Assembly: GCF_036960685.1 (NCBI RefSeq)
Contig: NZ_JBALXK010000003.1
Span: forward strand, 244,172-308,171
DNA length: 64,000 nt
Source of the DNA: Pseudoalteromonas sp.
Lineage (GTDB): Bacteria > Pseudomonadota > Gammaproteobacteria > Enterobacterales > Alteromonadaceae
Direction: 5' to 3'
Below, in pieces: positions 1 to 10,047 of the stretch. Both the position numbers and the translations under genes were made by a program. The notes under the pieces are model-generated. The model was not told where the DNA came from. It worked only from the letters and a program-made list of their open reading frames with translations, and made no database searches. The stretch's first letter is position 1, and every line of letters begins with the position of its first letter.

Positions 1-251
1 TTAATCTTTTGTAAATTAAAGCGATAGAGTGTTACAGCAATAAGGCTATATGCATGTTGCTCAGATGAGGGCGTGTTATCACTCTTTATTGTGTAACTAT
101 TTAGCAGCTTACTGCTGATAAGCGCTTGTTGCAGTGCGACTTGTTGTGGTTCACTTAGAAAAGTAGTGGTCATAACGTATTGGTGGCCTCTATCCGCTGG
201 ATTAAACGTGGCATTTAAACTGGAAGCTAGGCAAGGCGTTGGATGACTCAT
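1..251 (-). CDS. Possible 5' part of a hypothetical protein running off the left edge
   Basis: The frame is open from ATG at 251 (or 173) to the window edge: MSHPTPCLASSLNATFNPADRGHQYVMTTTFLSEPQQVALQQ... No family recognised. Confidence 0.25.
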   Translation of the reverse strand, partial: MSHPTPCLASSLNATFNPADRGHQYVMTTTFLSEPQQVALQQALISSKLLNSYTIKSDNTPSSEQHAYSLIAVTLYRFNLQKI

Positions 252-405
252 GCAATAGCGAAGAAATGCTGCAACAGTGATAGCAAATCAGGACTGACTC
301 TTTACTGAATTAGTAAAATACAATTGTAATCGAAGAAGTGGTTTAGGTTCTAATTTGTGGTTTACTGTTGTGCTGGCCTATAGGTAAAAACAACTAATAA
401 AAGGT

Positions 406-439
406 CAGCCAACAACGATTACTTAATGGTTGTTGGCTG
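406..439 (-). terminator. Stem-loop downstream of the DUF885 gene
   Basis: cagccaacaacgatta / taatggttgttggctg inverted repeat with one mismatch, about 40 bp after the stop codon. Confidence 0.6.
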
Positions 440-481
440 GTACTTATTACATAAATATGTATCAATCAAATGCAATGAGCG

Positions 482-2203
482 TTACTTTTTCTGTTGTGCT
501 ATCCAGTCGTTGATGACTTCCTCAAGCACAGCTATCGGCAGTGAGCCTTGGCCAATTACGGTGTCGTGAAAGCGACGAATGTCAAAATTAGCTCCAAGCT
601 CTTTTTCTGCTTTTGCCCGGAGCTCGCGTATTTTTAACTCGCCCATTTTGTAAGAAAGCGCTTGAGCAGGCCATGATATATAACGATCAATTTGGTCTTC
701 TACGGCACTTTGTGGCAATGCCGTGTACTCGTTTAAGTAGTTAATCGCGCGCTCTCGACTCCAGCCAAATGCGTGAATACCAGTATCAACAACTAGTCTG
801 ACTGCACGCCACATTTCGTAGCCTAAGCGGCCAAAGTCGCTGTATGGGTCTTGATAAAAACCGGCTTCTTTACCAAGACGCTCAGCATAGAGCCCCCAGC
901 CTTCGCCAAATGCAGAGTGGTTCAATGTGCGTCTAAATTGCGGTACATCAAGCTCCATCGCTATCGCATTTTGTAAATGATGGCCCGGTATGGCTTCGTG
1001 CAAACTTAAGGCTTCTAAATTATATAGAGGTTGTAACGAAGGTGTTGAGGCTAAGAAGTAAGTGCCTGCTGAGCGATTATCTGCCGGTGGCATATAAAAA
1101 GCGCCTCGACTTGCAGAGTCTTTAATTGCGAAGGTGTTGCGCGGTAAATGGCTGAAATAAGCCGGCAATTTGCCATACATTTTTTGAGTAATGAAGGCCG
1201 CTTTTTCTAATAAATCTTGTTTGTCGGTGGCATAAAACTGCGGATCGGTGGCTAAAAATTTTAAGAAGTCAGCATATGTGCCTTTAAAATTCAGAGAGTC
1301 AATAATAGCCTGCATTTGGGCTTTAATACGTGCGACTTCCTGTAGACCTAACTCATGGATCTCTTTAGGTGTCGCTTGTGTCGTGGTGTAGTAATTTACT
1401 GCATATTGATAATATTCAAGCCCGCCTTTAATGCTCGAAATACCAGGCTTTGCCCTGCAGTTTGGCATGTAATCATCAACAAAAAAATCATAAAAATGTT
1501 GGTACGCAGGGATCACTTTATTGCTAATCAGCTTTTTTGCTTTTTCTTGATAAGCTGCCTTTTGCTGTTGGCTAAAGGTGTTGGGTATACGAGTGAACGG
1601 CTCGTACAAAGCACTATTTTTTGGATCTTTAACAATATGCGCACTGATGCTCTTGCCGTAGTTTTTAAAGGTGGTGCAATAGTGTGTGTAGCCGTGTTGT
1701 ACACCTTCTTTCATCAAGCTTATGTTTTCTTGATTAAAGCGAGGGTAGTCGTCCAAACTGATTAAAAAGTTGTCGTAGTCGGCTGTGGTTAAAAACGCCA
1801 TGTTTGCAGGAGCCTCAGCAAAGTAGGTGTGCCAGCCGCTTAAAAAGTTAACAGGAAAATACTTATCATATGACTGGTAGCTTTTTTGCTCGGTTTCGCG
1901 CTCATATTTAAACAGTCGATAATTCATTAACTGTGCTTTACTGAGAGATTGCGCGTCAATAGCGGCTAATTTTTGCAACACTTGTTTGTTATAGGCTTGG
2001 CGTTTTTGTATTGCTTGCTCAGTCCAATTAGCAAGTTTGCCATTGGGTTTCCAGCCATCTGGGTCGGTACGAAAAAATATTTTTTCACCTTGTGCATGCT
2101 GCCAGTGCTGATCAATTATATTTTTTAAATTGGTATTGTCATCAGCGTGGCTTAGCAATGAAAAAAGAGTTAAAGAAAGAGCCAAGAGGTTTATTTTATA
2201 CAT
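482..2203 (-). CDS. DUF885 family secreted protein (zincin-like, HExxPGHH)
   Basis: Signal peptide MYKINLLALSLTLFSLLSHA; motifs HEAIPGHHLQ, FGEGWGLYAE, WRAVRLVVDTGIH, PAQALSYKMG. The track starts the ORF at 2224; ATG 2203 has a better-placed RBS. Confidence 0.9.
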   Translation of the reverse strand: MYKINLLALSLTLFSLLSHADDNTNLKNIIDQHWQHAQGEKIFFRTDPDGWKPNGKLANWTEQAIQKRQAYNKQVLQKLAAIDAQSLSKAQLMNYRLFKYERETEQKSYQSYDKYFPVNFLSGWHTYFAEAPANMAFLTTADYDNFLISLDDYPRFNQENISLMKEGVQHGYTHYCTTFKNYGKSISAHIVKDPKNSALYEPFTRIPNTFSQQQKAAYQEKAKKLISNKVIPAYQHFYDFFVDDYMPNCRAKPGISSIKGGLEYYQYAVNYYTTTQATPKEIHELGLQEVARIKAQMQAIIDSLNFKGTYADFLKFLATDPQFYATDKQDLLEKAAFITQKMYGKLPAYFSHLPRNTFAIKDSASRGAFYMPPADNRSAGTYFLASTPSLQPLYNLEALSLHEAIPGHHLQNAIAMELDVPQFRRTLNHSAFGEGWGLYAERLGKEAGFYQDPYSDFGRLGYEMWRAVRLVVDTGIHAFGWSRERAINYLNEYTALPQSAVEDQIDRYISWPAQALSYKMGELKIRELRAKAEKELGANFDIRRFHDTVIGQGSLPIAVLEEVINDWIAQQKK

Positions 2204-2427
2204 GTTTTTTCTCATAATTAGCAAGTTAGAGCTTTTATAAAGCAGTCGCGTAGGGTATTAGTTTTGCGTACTTTATAGCTAAAATTAGGGTATCAAATTA
2301 ACGTTGTAAATGCGCTGGCTTTTTCAGCTAGAGCCAATTGAAAACTAATTACTTATTGAGATCGACATCGGTGATAAAGCCGTACAACATAGGCTAGCGG
2401 TTAAACTATTCTACAAAGGGGCTTTCA

Positions 2428-3447
2428 TTGGATTCACTCACACAAGTTGTACTTGGTAGCGCAGTTGCTTATTCAGTATTAGGCAATAAGCTTGGCCGAA
2501 AATCGCTATTGGTTGGTGCGGCGTTTGGCACGTTACCTGACTTAGATGTGCTGATTAATTTTGGTGGCAATGTTGAGAACTTTGTTCAGCACCGTAGCTT
2601 TAGCCATTCTATTCTTGTGCAACTATTAATTAGCCCTTTGTTTGCATGGCTTTTACTTAAAATGAATTGGGCTAAAGGGGTGTCGTTAACGCGCTGGTCT
2701 ATTGCTATATTTTTGATTTTGAGTACCCACGCCTTACTTGATAGTTTTACTGTTTATGGCACACAGTTACTGTGGCCGCTTTCGACATACCCGTTCGGTA
2801 TTTCGAGTATATTTATAATTGACCCCGCTTATACTCTGCCACTTATAGTCTCGTGTATTGGGCTTTGTTTTGTGCGTACTAAGAATCAAGCTCAACGCAT
2901 AAATACCTGCGCGTTAATTGTCAGTTCGCTTTATTTAACGTGGGGCTTAGCGGCAAAGTGGCATATCAACGAGAAGATTCATCAGGCGCTAAATAATCAG
3001 AACATTACATTTAAACACTTTGAAAGTATGCCTACCCCTCTTAATACCATGCTTTGGCGAGGGGTAGCCGTGACCGAACAAGGGCATTATGAGATTTATG
3101 CCTCTGTGTTTGATAACGTTACAAACGTTGATATGCAATTTTACCTCAGCGAAAACACGCTACTAGAAAAGCTTGTTGGTACAAAGCGGATAAGTTTACT
3201 GCAAAACTTCACTAAGGGGCTTTATGGCGTGTATCAACAAGACGAAAAAGTGATTATGAGTGATTTAAGAATGGGTCAAGAGGGCTATTACGTATTCTCG
3301 TTTGTGGTTGCCGAGAAAAACAACCAGCAATGGGCAGCAGGGAATTTTCAAAAACTGAATAACCGACTTCCGCTAGATAAGCTCGAACTAATTTTTTCGC
3401 GCATTACAGATCCTAGCGTTGATTTATCAGCTAAAGCCACTGATTAA
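2428..3447 (+). CDS. Inner-membrane metal-dependent hydrolase (YdjM/DUF457 family)
   Basis: MDSLTQVVLG start, LPDLDV, HRSFSHS and THALLD motifs, several TM segments. Confidence 0.85.
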   Translation: MDSLTQVVLGSAVAYSVLGNKLGRKSLLVGAAFGTLPDLDVLINFGGNVENFVQHRSFSHSILVQLLISPLFAWLLLKMNWAKGVSLTRWSIAIFLILSTHALLDSFTVYGTQLLWPLSTYPFGISSIFIIDPAYTLPLIVSCIGLCFVRTKNQAQRINTCALIVSSLYLTWGLAAKWHINEKIHQALNNQNITFKHFESMPTPLNTMLWRGVAVTEQGHYEIYASVFDNVTNVDMQFYLSENTLLEKLVGTKRISLLQNFTKGLYGVYQQDEKVIMSDLRMGQEGYYVFSFVVAEKNNQQWAAGNFQKLNNRLPLDKLELIFSRITDPSVDLSAKATD

Positions 3448-3509
3448 TAAAGTGGCTTTTGATTGGACGTTAATCAGAAATTCCCCCTTTTGAATAGAGG
3501 GGAGTATGT

Positions 3510-4316
3510 CTATAAGTTAACTATTGCCGGGAACCAGTTGGCTAACACGACCCCAAATAAACCCACTAGAAAAATAATGGCTATCATTACCATTAAGCTT
3601 GCGGTGGCGATTGTAATAACTTTATTCGTTGTACCTTCAGCATATCTTACCAGCTCAGCAATAAGCAAAGGGATCACGTAAGAGCAAATACTAACAGCTA
3701 ACACGGTTGGGCCGGTGAAGGTTGTAGTATCGACTCCTAAAGTACCAAATATTAAGAACCAAGCAAAAATCATCAAGCGAAAAAATAATACCCCATTTGC
3801 CGCAAGATATAAGCGTGTTGCCCATATTTTGTGAAGGTTAATATTACGTTTTCTGGCAGCTATTACAGCTAATATACTTGATAAAATGACCACGCAACCG
3901 CCAAATATAGTTAACCCATGCATCAATGTGTTGCCAACAGTTCCTCTGGCGAGTATTAGGTAAATACCTGCCATCGAAATGGTGCAGGCTAATAGCACAA
4001 AAATACGGCCGTTATAACGGTGAAAGCGAGGGTGCTTTGTTCGTATAGCGGGGATTAATTGTAAGCTGCCGCCTATAATCATTACGATGGCTAATAATAC
4101 ATGTGCCGCATACATGACGTTTCCTGTTTCATCGTTAGCAACATAGGCGCTGCTATTTAGACGACTCCAACCAGATATTCCGCTAGTGACCCCTGTAAGC
4201 CCGTAGCCTAATGTGAGGTATATAACAAAGCAGGTCTGTGCCATCAGCAGGCATGTAAACCATATTTTTTTACTGCTATTAAGCAATGAATTTGGGTTAA
4301 GTTTGATTTTATTCAT
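3510..4316 (-). CDS. DUF2306-type integral membrane protein
   Basis: Multiple TM helices with HV..A....G.LQL.P..R, HRYNGR and HKIWATRLY motifs. Confidence 0.75.
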   Translation of the reverse strand: MNKIKLNPNSLLNSSKKIWFTCLLMAQTCFVIYLTLGYGLTGVTSGISGWSRLNSSAYVANDETGNVMYAAHVLLAIVMIIGGSLQLIPAIRTKHPRFHRYNGRIFVLLACTISMAGIYLILARGTVGNTLMHGLTIFGGCVVILSSILAVIAARKRNINLHKIWATRLYLAANGVLFFRLMIFAWFLIFGTLGVDTTTFTGPTVLAVSICSYVIPLLIAELVRYAEGTTNKVITIATASLMVMIAIIFLVGLFGVVLANWFPAIVNL

Positions 4317-4539
4317 GTGTATTTTCTTTTTTCTTCATAAAACGAATAACGCAAATATAAAGGGCTTGCAGGGTGGTTTCTTATCAAATTTGAAATTTGA
4401 GTAACGATATATGGGTAATTTTTAGAATTAATTAACTTCTACAGACACATTCCCTAACAAAGTCTTTTTGCTAACTGAAAAGTTACTTTGTACTATGTTA
4501 ACTAGGTAAGTTTATACGTCAGGTTAAAAGCGCACTGTT

Positions 4540-5679
4540 ATGCAAAATACGTCTCCTTATTTTCTGCTAATTTTTGTTTGTATGAGTTTGATGCTTTTAA
4601 ATGCGCTTAAAAAAGATAAGCAGCTGGTTCATTATTTATTTGTTATATTTTGTGGCTCGCTGTGTATGGTGGGGGCGCAAAAACTCAGTGCACCGAGCAT
4701 TGGTGAATATCAGTATTTTATTGGCTTGTTTACTTGCGCAACGTGTAATGTTTCGTGGTTAATTTCACGGGCCTTATTTCGTGAACACAATCCTATTTCA
4801 CGCAGGCATGTGGCCGTTGCTTCAGTTATCGCGCTTTTGATCATGTTTAATCAAACATGGCACTATTTAGTTAGCCTTGACCCGCAACCGCTTTCTAGCA
4901 GTCATATAATGTGGCGATTAAAACAAGGCATGAATGAAATAACAGGTTTACTTTCATCGTGCATTTTAGTGCTTTCTTTTTGGGAGTCGCTGAGAGGTTT
5001 CAATAGCAAAACACACGCTCAAAAAGTGCAGTCGGTGATTTTTGCTAGTGCGTACTTTTTAGCGGTTGTTAATGCCAGTATATTACCTGTATTTATATTT
5101 AGCCCCGCGGAGATTGCGCTATATAATCCGCTAATTATCACCTCTTCTGCGCTGTTAATTGTATTTGCAATGCACACGGTCATGACTCTTCAAGCAAGTA
5201 ACTCAATCAAGCAAATGCAACTTCAAAATGGTGAGAATGAGGTTGGTTTTGATAGTGATGAAGTAAAGCATTCTAGTGATAGTAATCATCAAGAGCAAAT
5301 ACCACCCGAGTTGGTGGCTGGTATTTCTGAACTCATAAACGAACAGCAATTATTCTTACAAACGAACCTTAAAATTTCAGATTTTGCGCAAGCGCTGATG
5401 GTGCCGGAATATAAAATTAGCCGAGCGATTCGATATCATTATAAGGTTGCTAACTTTAATCTTTTTATAAATCAATATCGTGTAAATTATGCGAAAGAGT
5501 TATTAGCAAGTGAACAAGCTCGAGAATGGAGTATATTGAGCATTGCACTTGAGAGTGGCTTTTCGTCTCTTGCAACGTTTAATCGTGTGTTTAAAAGTAT
5601 TGTGGGGAATATTCCCAATGAATATCGAAAACAAAATAGTGACTATCAAAGTCAGATCCTTGCAGGGCTGGTTGAGTAG
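4540..5679 (+). CDS. Membrane-anchored AraC-family transcriptional regulator
   Basis: About 6-7 N-terminal TM segments, then an AraC HTH (NFNLFINQYRV...ILSIALESGFSSLATFNRVFK...PNEYRK). Confidence 0.9.
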   Translation: MQNTSPYFLLIFVCMSLMLLNALKKDKQLVHYLFVIFCGSLCMVGAQKLSAPSIGEYQYFIGLFTCATCNVSWLISRALFREHNPISRRHVAVASVIALLIMFNQTWHYLVSLDPQPLSSSHIMWRLKQGMNEITGLLSSCILVLSFWESLRGFNSKTHAQKVQSVIFASAYFLAVVNASILPVFIFSPAEIALYNPLIITSSALLIVFAMHTVMTLQASNSIKQMQLQNGENEVGFDSDEVKHSSDSNHQEQIPPELVAGISELINEQQLFLQTNLKISDFAQALMVPEYKISRAIRYHYKVANFNLFINQYRVNYAKELLASEQAREWSILSIALESGFSSLATFNRVFKSIVGNIPNEYRKQNSDYQSQILAGLVE

Positions 5680-5724
5680 ATACTTATTGATTCTTAGTGA
5701 CATACATTAGATCGTAGGACTGCC

Positions 5725-6414
5725 TTGAATTATTTGGCTCATCTTTATTTAGCAAAACCGACTGCCGACTCACATTTTGGGAATTTACTGGGAGATTTTG
5801 GTGGCCAACGGCAATTAAAACAGATACCCGCAACCGTTAAAAATGCGCTAGATAACCATTATTTAGTCGACAAATTCACTGATTCGCACTCACTTGTAAA
5901 AGAGGCTAAACAATATTTTTCACCACATCGCAAGCGTTTTGCTGGGGTAGCGGTTGATGTGTTGTTTGACCACTTTTTAATTAAGCATTGGCATATTTTT
6001 AATCAGCAACCACTCACTGATTTTAAGCAAACCAGTTATAAGCTTTTGGGTAAACGTATTCCAGTTATGCCAGCAAAAATGCAGCGCGTAGTTACCAGCA
6101 TGATAGAAAACGATTGGTTTAAAGAGTACGAAACTGTTGAAGGGGTGGGATTGGCGCTTGATAATATTGCTGCGCGGATTCGTTTTACTAACACCTTTAC
6201 TGGCGCTGCGGAAGATATTACCCGTCATTACACTGAATTAGATGCTATTTTTTTAGCATTCTTCCCTGAGTTAATTAAGCTTGACCTAGAGGGCTCTCAA
6301 AGGATAAATAAAGTTAGCTTAATAAGCATCAATACAGTCCCCTATAAGCAGGTTAGACTGATTATCGAGGTTGGTATCCTGAGTGTGACTAACTTTTCTT
6401 TATTGCCGATTTAA
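5725..6414 (+). CDS. acpH: ACP phosphodiesterase (AcpH/DUF479) with an apparently extended C-terminus
   Basis: MNYLAHLYLA, GNLLGDF, VDKFTDSH and DVLFDHFL motifs; TTG start with an AGGA RBS. Confidence 0.85.
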   Translation: MNYLAHLYLAKPTADSHFGNLLGDFGGQRQLKQIPATVKNALDNHYLVDKFTDSHSLVKEAKQYFSPHRKRFAGVAVDVLFDHFLIKHWHIFNQQPLTDFKQTSYKLLGKRIPVMPAKMQRVVTSMIENDWFKEYETVEGVGLALDNIAARIRFTNTFTGAAEDITRHYTELDAIFLAFFPELIKLDLEGSQRINKVSLISINTVPYKQVRLIIEVGILSVTNFSLLPI

Positions 6415-6829
6415 CGAGTATAAAACTAATGTATAACAATAATGAAGACGCACCGAATAGCAATAAAGAAATGGACCAACCGAACGGACCTGTTTCGCAT
6501 CCTGTATTGTACTTACAAGCAATTGAAAACGGATCTAAAATAAATTTATAGGAGAACCACATTGTAAACAAAGAAGTAGAAAGTAAAAAAGAGGCTATTA
6601 ATAATTTTGATAATACTGAATTTAAAGCTTTTGGTTCAGATTGTTGCTGATTTTTTTTTATAATGTGTAAAATATAAAAACATCCAAAAGAGAATATAGT
6701 AATTACTAAACTATATAGTACATTAATTACTTTAGGACTAAGAATCGAAAGAAGAACACATACTGCAGCAATTAAGGTTATATAAATTAATTCTGATCGC
6801 AAAACTTTATTTACTCGCGAGCACTGCAT
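6389..6829 (-). CDS. Small 4-TM membrane protein in the low-GC islet (candidate immunity protein)
   Basis: 146 aa with four hydrophobic stretches; very AT-rich; overlaps the upstream gene end. Confidence 0.6.
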   Translation of the reverse strand: MQCSRVNKVLRSELIYITLIAAVCVLLSILSPKVINVLYSLVITIFSFGCFYILHIIKKNQQQSEPKALNSVLSKLLIASFLLSTSLFTMWFSYKFILDPFSIACKYNTGCETGPFGWSISLLLFGASSLLLYISFILVKSAIKKS

Positions 6830-7236
6830 GAAACAACCAGTTCACTACTTTCCCCAGAAGAAATAGAAAAATAAATATTCATTTTCTCGTTATCGTTAAT
6901 TCTTGGAGAGCTTCTAACGCGAACTGTGTCTTTGTTCATTTGTGAAATGATTAACTCGAAAGAGCTAATCCATGGCTTTTGTCGGTCTGTTTGAATAACT
7001 GTTGCCGCTTTTGCCTTTACAACAATTTGATTGTTTTTATAAAGTAGCGCATATTTATTAATATTAGTGGATAGCTCAACTAAGTTACTTCTTAGAATAT
7101 TGGAATCATTGTTTAAATAGCCCTCATTAATCAGCACACAACCAATATTATTTAAAGGAAAAGATTTCGAAAATGAATAATCACTAAATAGTAATAATGA
7201 CAGCACTATAAAGGTATTAATTTTTTTAATAAGCAT
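6811..7236 (-). CDS. Secreted/periplasmic hypothetical protein in the low-GC islet
   Basis: ATG 7236 gives MLIKKINTFIVLSLLLFSDYSFS, which looks like a signal peptide. The track starts the ORF at 7305. Confidence 0.55.
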   Translation of the reverse strand: MLIKKINTFIVLSLLLFSDYSFSKSFPLNNIGCVLINEGYLNNDSNILRSNLVELSTNINKYALLYKNNQIVVKAKAATVIQTDRQKPWISSFELIISQMNKDTVRVRSSPRINDNEKMNIYFSISSGESSELVVSCSARE

Positions 7237-7253
7237 GATTGAAGCCAATAATG

Positions 7254-8033
7254 TTAAGGGTAGAAGATGCCTTTTCCTGGTCGAATATCGTTCGCAATTT
7301 GCCAACGAAGAATTTTTTCTAACTCCCAGCCTTTTCTACTTATTTCACCAATAGTTGCATCTTCTATTTCCCTTAAAATTAGACCAAGCTTTTCAGTAAT
7401 ACTAAAATGCTCATCTAATTTATCTAAAGAGTAAGCTACCGCAAGACCAATAAATATAGCTACAGCCAATGGCAGTGCAGCTATCGTAGTTGTTGTTCCT
7501 ATTGCTACTGCTGCAACAGCCGCAGCTATACTAGATATACCTATTTTTATTAAGGATACAGCCATATCTGCTAGTAAGTTACTAAGTAATATTTCATCCT
7601 CTAGAATATGTTCAAGTATCACAATAGGAACAGTAAAGAAGATAGTTAGTCTTGCGCCTGAACGAACATGTTTTACGATAGCTGAGGTTTTACCTATCGC
7701 CATGTCAACGACACGGGCGTTTTGTGCTGTCTTAGTAAATATTGTTCTAAATTCAAGTTTGCCTTTGAAAATAATGTATTTCTCGCCTCGAATATACTTC
7801 TCATAAACTTGACCATTAACTCCAAGGTCACGAACCATTTGAATGAGAGTTCTGGTATCTAAAGCTGCTGATGCATTACCCGCGACAACTCTACTGTTGG
7901 ATATCGCGCTATTTTTGGTGATTTTATCATGCATCTCTTCAAGTTCATGGGGCTTTAATAAATAAATTACTTGATGATTTTTGCGGATGGCTTCGACTAA
8001 CTTTTTATTATCCTTAACTTGTGAGCTATTCAT
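7254..8033 (-). CDS. Putative membrane-disrupting toxin/effector (Tme-like)
   Basis: YIIFKG...VVDMAIG...GARLTIFF motif block, then Ala/Gly-rich hydrophobic helices and LDKLDEHFSITEKL. Family recalled, not searched. Confidence 0.55.
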   Translation of the reverse strand: MNSSQVKDNKKLVEAIRKNHQVIYLLKPHELEEMHDKITKNSAISNSRVVAGNASAALDTRTLIQMVRDLGVNGQVYEKYIRGEKYIIFKGKLEFRTIFTKTAQNARVVDMAIGKTSAIVKHVRSGARLTIFFTVPIVILEHILEDEILLSNLLADMAVSLIKIGISSIAAAVAAVAIGTTTTIAALPLAVAIFIGLAVAYSLDKLDEHFSITEKLGLILREIEDATIGEISRKGWELEKILRWQIANDIRPGKGIFYP

Positions 8034-8285
8034 GTTTTATCCTTTTAACATTATATATTGATAAATGTACCTAATGTAGAGTTAAAAATCAAGAGTCAGA
8101 TAGTGAGCCGGTTTATAACCTTTAGGTTAGATGAGCATAATTCATAAAGTTTGAAAGCGGATGGCTAAGGTAAACATTTTATTCCACTTTAGGCCAAGCT
8201 TTAGTCTTATAATAATGTTTCTATGACTGAATCGATTATAATTGTCACTATGTTAAAAAATATACGAAAATGACAAAAACCTGAT

Positions 8286-8594
8286 TTAATCATCAGGCCC
8301 TTTGAGGGTAAATACCAAATGCTTGCGCATGTCTTTTAAAATCACGCCTTTTTTAAGCATCGCACCACTTAAGCGTTTTTGCCATTTTAAAAGCTCTGGC
8401 TCTGCGGCGGCTAGTGCCTGTTCATCTTCAAACTGAAAGCACATAAGTAACGAACCCGGAAATAAGTGGTACTCAACATCAAACCAGCATTGCAGCATAC
8501 CTGGGAGTTCATTGCGGCCTTGTTCTTCTATTGTGTCGGCAACATTCAGTACAAGTGCTTGTTGCTTGATTTGCACGGCAGAGAGTTTTTTCAT
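8286..8594 (-). CDS. Hypothetical protein
   Basis: 102-aa ORF with ordinary composition; no motif recognised. Confidence 0.7.
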   Translation of the reverse strand: MKKLSAVQIKQQALVLNVADTIEEQGRNELPGMLQCWFDVEYHLFPGSLLMCFQFEDEQALAAAEPELLKWQKRLSGAMLKKGVILKDMRKHLVFTLKGPDD

Positions 8595-8814
8595 TGTTGT
8601 GGGTCCAAGTTAGAGGCTAAAAATGTAGCTTTAAAGGGGGATTATAACTGAGCTTTTAAACTGGCAACAGTATGATAAGACTTGTGTAGTAAATGATGTT
8701 CAGGTGTGGCAATAAGTTGTTAATAGTGACAGCGATTATCGCTTTTACGCATAAATCTCGTTGATGATACCTGTTTATACCCTATGCTTTAAATAATAAA
8801 AGCATGGGGGCGTT

Positions 8815-10047
8815 ATGAGTAAGGATAAATCTGTAGTTAATAAATATGTAGCTGTAATGGCTCTATCGGGAGTATTAATTTCACCAGTATCTGTTTTGGC
8901 CAAAGAACCGAAGCAATTAGTTGAGCAGTTATGCAGTAGTTGCCATAGCCTTAAGAATCTCGAGCGCAGTACGGGTTACAGTCAAGAGCATTGGAAAACG
9001 CTTATTAGCTACATGGTTGATACAGGCTCAGACACGCAATTAACTCAAGATGTAAGTGCTTATCTAGCAGAACATTATCCAGTTAACGCTAAGCGTGAGT
9101 CAAAGGTTGTGGCTGGTGATATAAAGCTGCAGTTTAAATACTGGCAAGTGCCCACACTTGGGCAACGTGCGCGGGATCCCGTACAGGGTGAAAACGGCAT
9201 TATATGGTGGGTTGGCCAATGGGGGAATATTCTAGGTAGGTTAAACCCTAAAACGGGTGATATGAAAGAGTACACATTGCCCAGCGGTACGTATGCACAC
9301 AGTGTCTCACTTGATAAAAACCAGACCCCTTGGTTTTTAGGCAATAAAAATGGCACCGTTGGCTACTTAGATTTAGCAACGGAGCAGTTTAAAGTTTATA
9401 AAATGCCTGATAAAAAAGCCTGCGATCCGCATACCGGTGTGTTTGATGATGCTGGGACGTTTTGGTTTACCCTACAACACAGTAATATGATTGGTAAACT
9501 CAATCCTAAAAGTGGTGATATTAAATTAGTTACTTTACCAACCGCGGGCTCGCGGCCTTATGGTATCAAGCTTGATTCAAACGGTACTCCTTGGGTGTCG
9601 TGCAATGGCAGTAATTGTTTGATTAAGGTCGATAAAAGCTCTATGAAACTGACCGAAATTAAACTACCTGGCGCGAATACTCATACCCGCCGACTTGCCA
9701 TAACGCCGGATGATATGGTTTTTTACGTTAATTCGGGCATGGGTAAACTGGGTCGCTATAACCCAAAAACGACTAAAATAACTCAGTGGGATAATCCCAG
9801 TGGCGAAGAGAGTCACCCGTATGCTATTGAGTATGCAGATAATGCAATTTGGTTTAACGAGTCAGCTAAGCGGCCTGAAACCTTAGTTAGGTTCGACCTT
9901 GCAACTGAAACCATGCAAAGCTGGCAAATACCCAGTAAAGAGGGGGTATACTCGGGCTTAATAAGGCATATGCGAATGGGTAATAATGGGCTTATTATTC
10001 ATCAAACAGCAACCAATCAGTTAGCTGAGATTACCTGGAGCAAATAA
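8815..10047 (+). CDS. Secreted cytochrome c / Vgb-like (streptogramin-lyase-fold) beta-propeller fusion
   Basis: Signal peptide, CSSCH heme motif near the N-terminus, then ~42-aa WF/IG+LNP repeats. Confidence 0.8.
   Translation: MSKDKSVVNKYVAVMALSGVLISPVSVLAKEPKQLVEQLCSSCHSLKNLERSTGYSQEHWKTLISYMVDTGSDTQLTQDVSAYLAEHYPVNAKRESKVVAGDIKLQFKYWQVPTLGQRARDPVQGENGIIWWVGQWGNILGRLNPKTGDMKEYTLPSGTYAHSVSLDKNQTPWFLGNKNGTVGYLDLATEQFKVYKMPDKKACDPHTGVFDDAGTFWFTLQHSNMIGKLNPKSGDIKLVTLPTAGSRPYGIKLDSNGTPWVSCNGSNCLIKVDKSSMKLTEIKLPGANTHTRRLAITPDDMVFYVNSGMGKLGRYNPKTTKITQWDNPSGEESHPYAIEYADNAIWFNESAKRPETLVRFDLATETMQSWQIPSKEGVYSGLIRHMRMGNNGLIIHQTATNQLAEITWSK

Noticed and set aside
8815-10047. Calling this the vgb resistance gene
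   Set aside because: Only the fold is shared; the signal peptide and heme motif argue against a canonical lyase.
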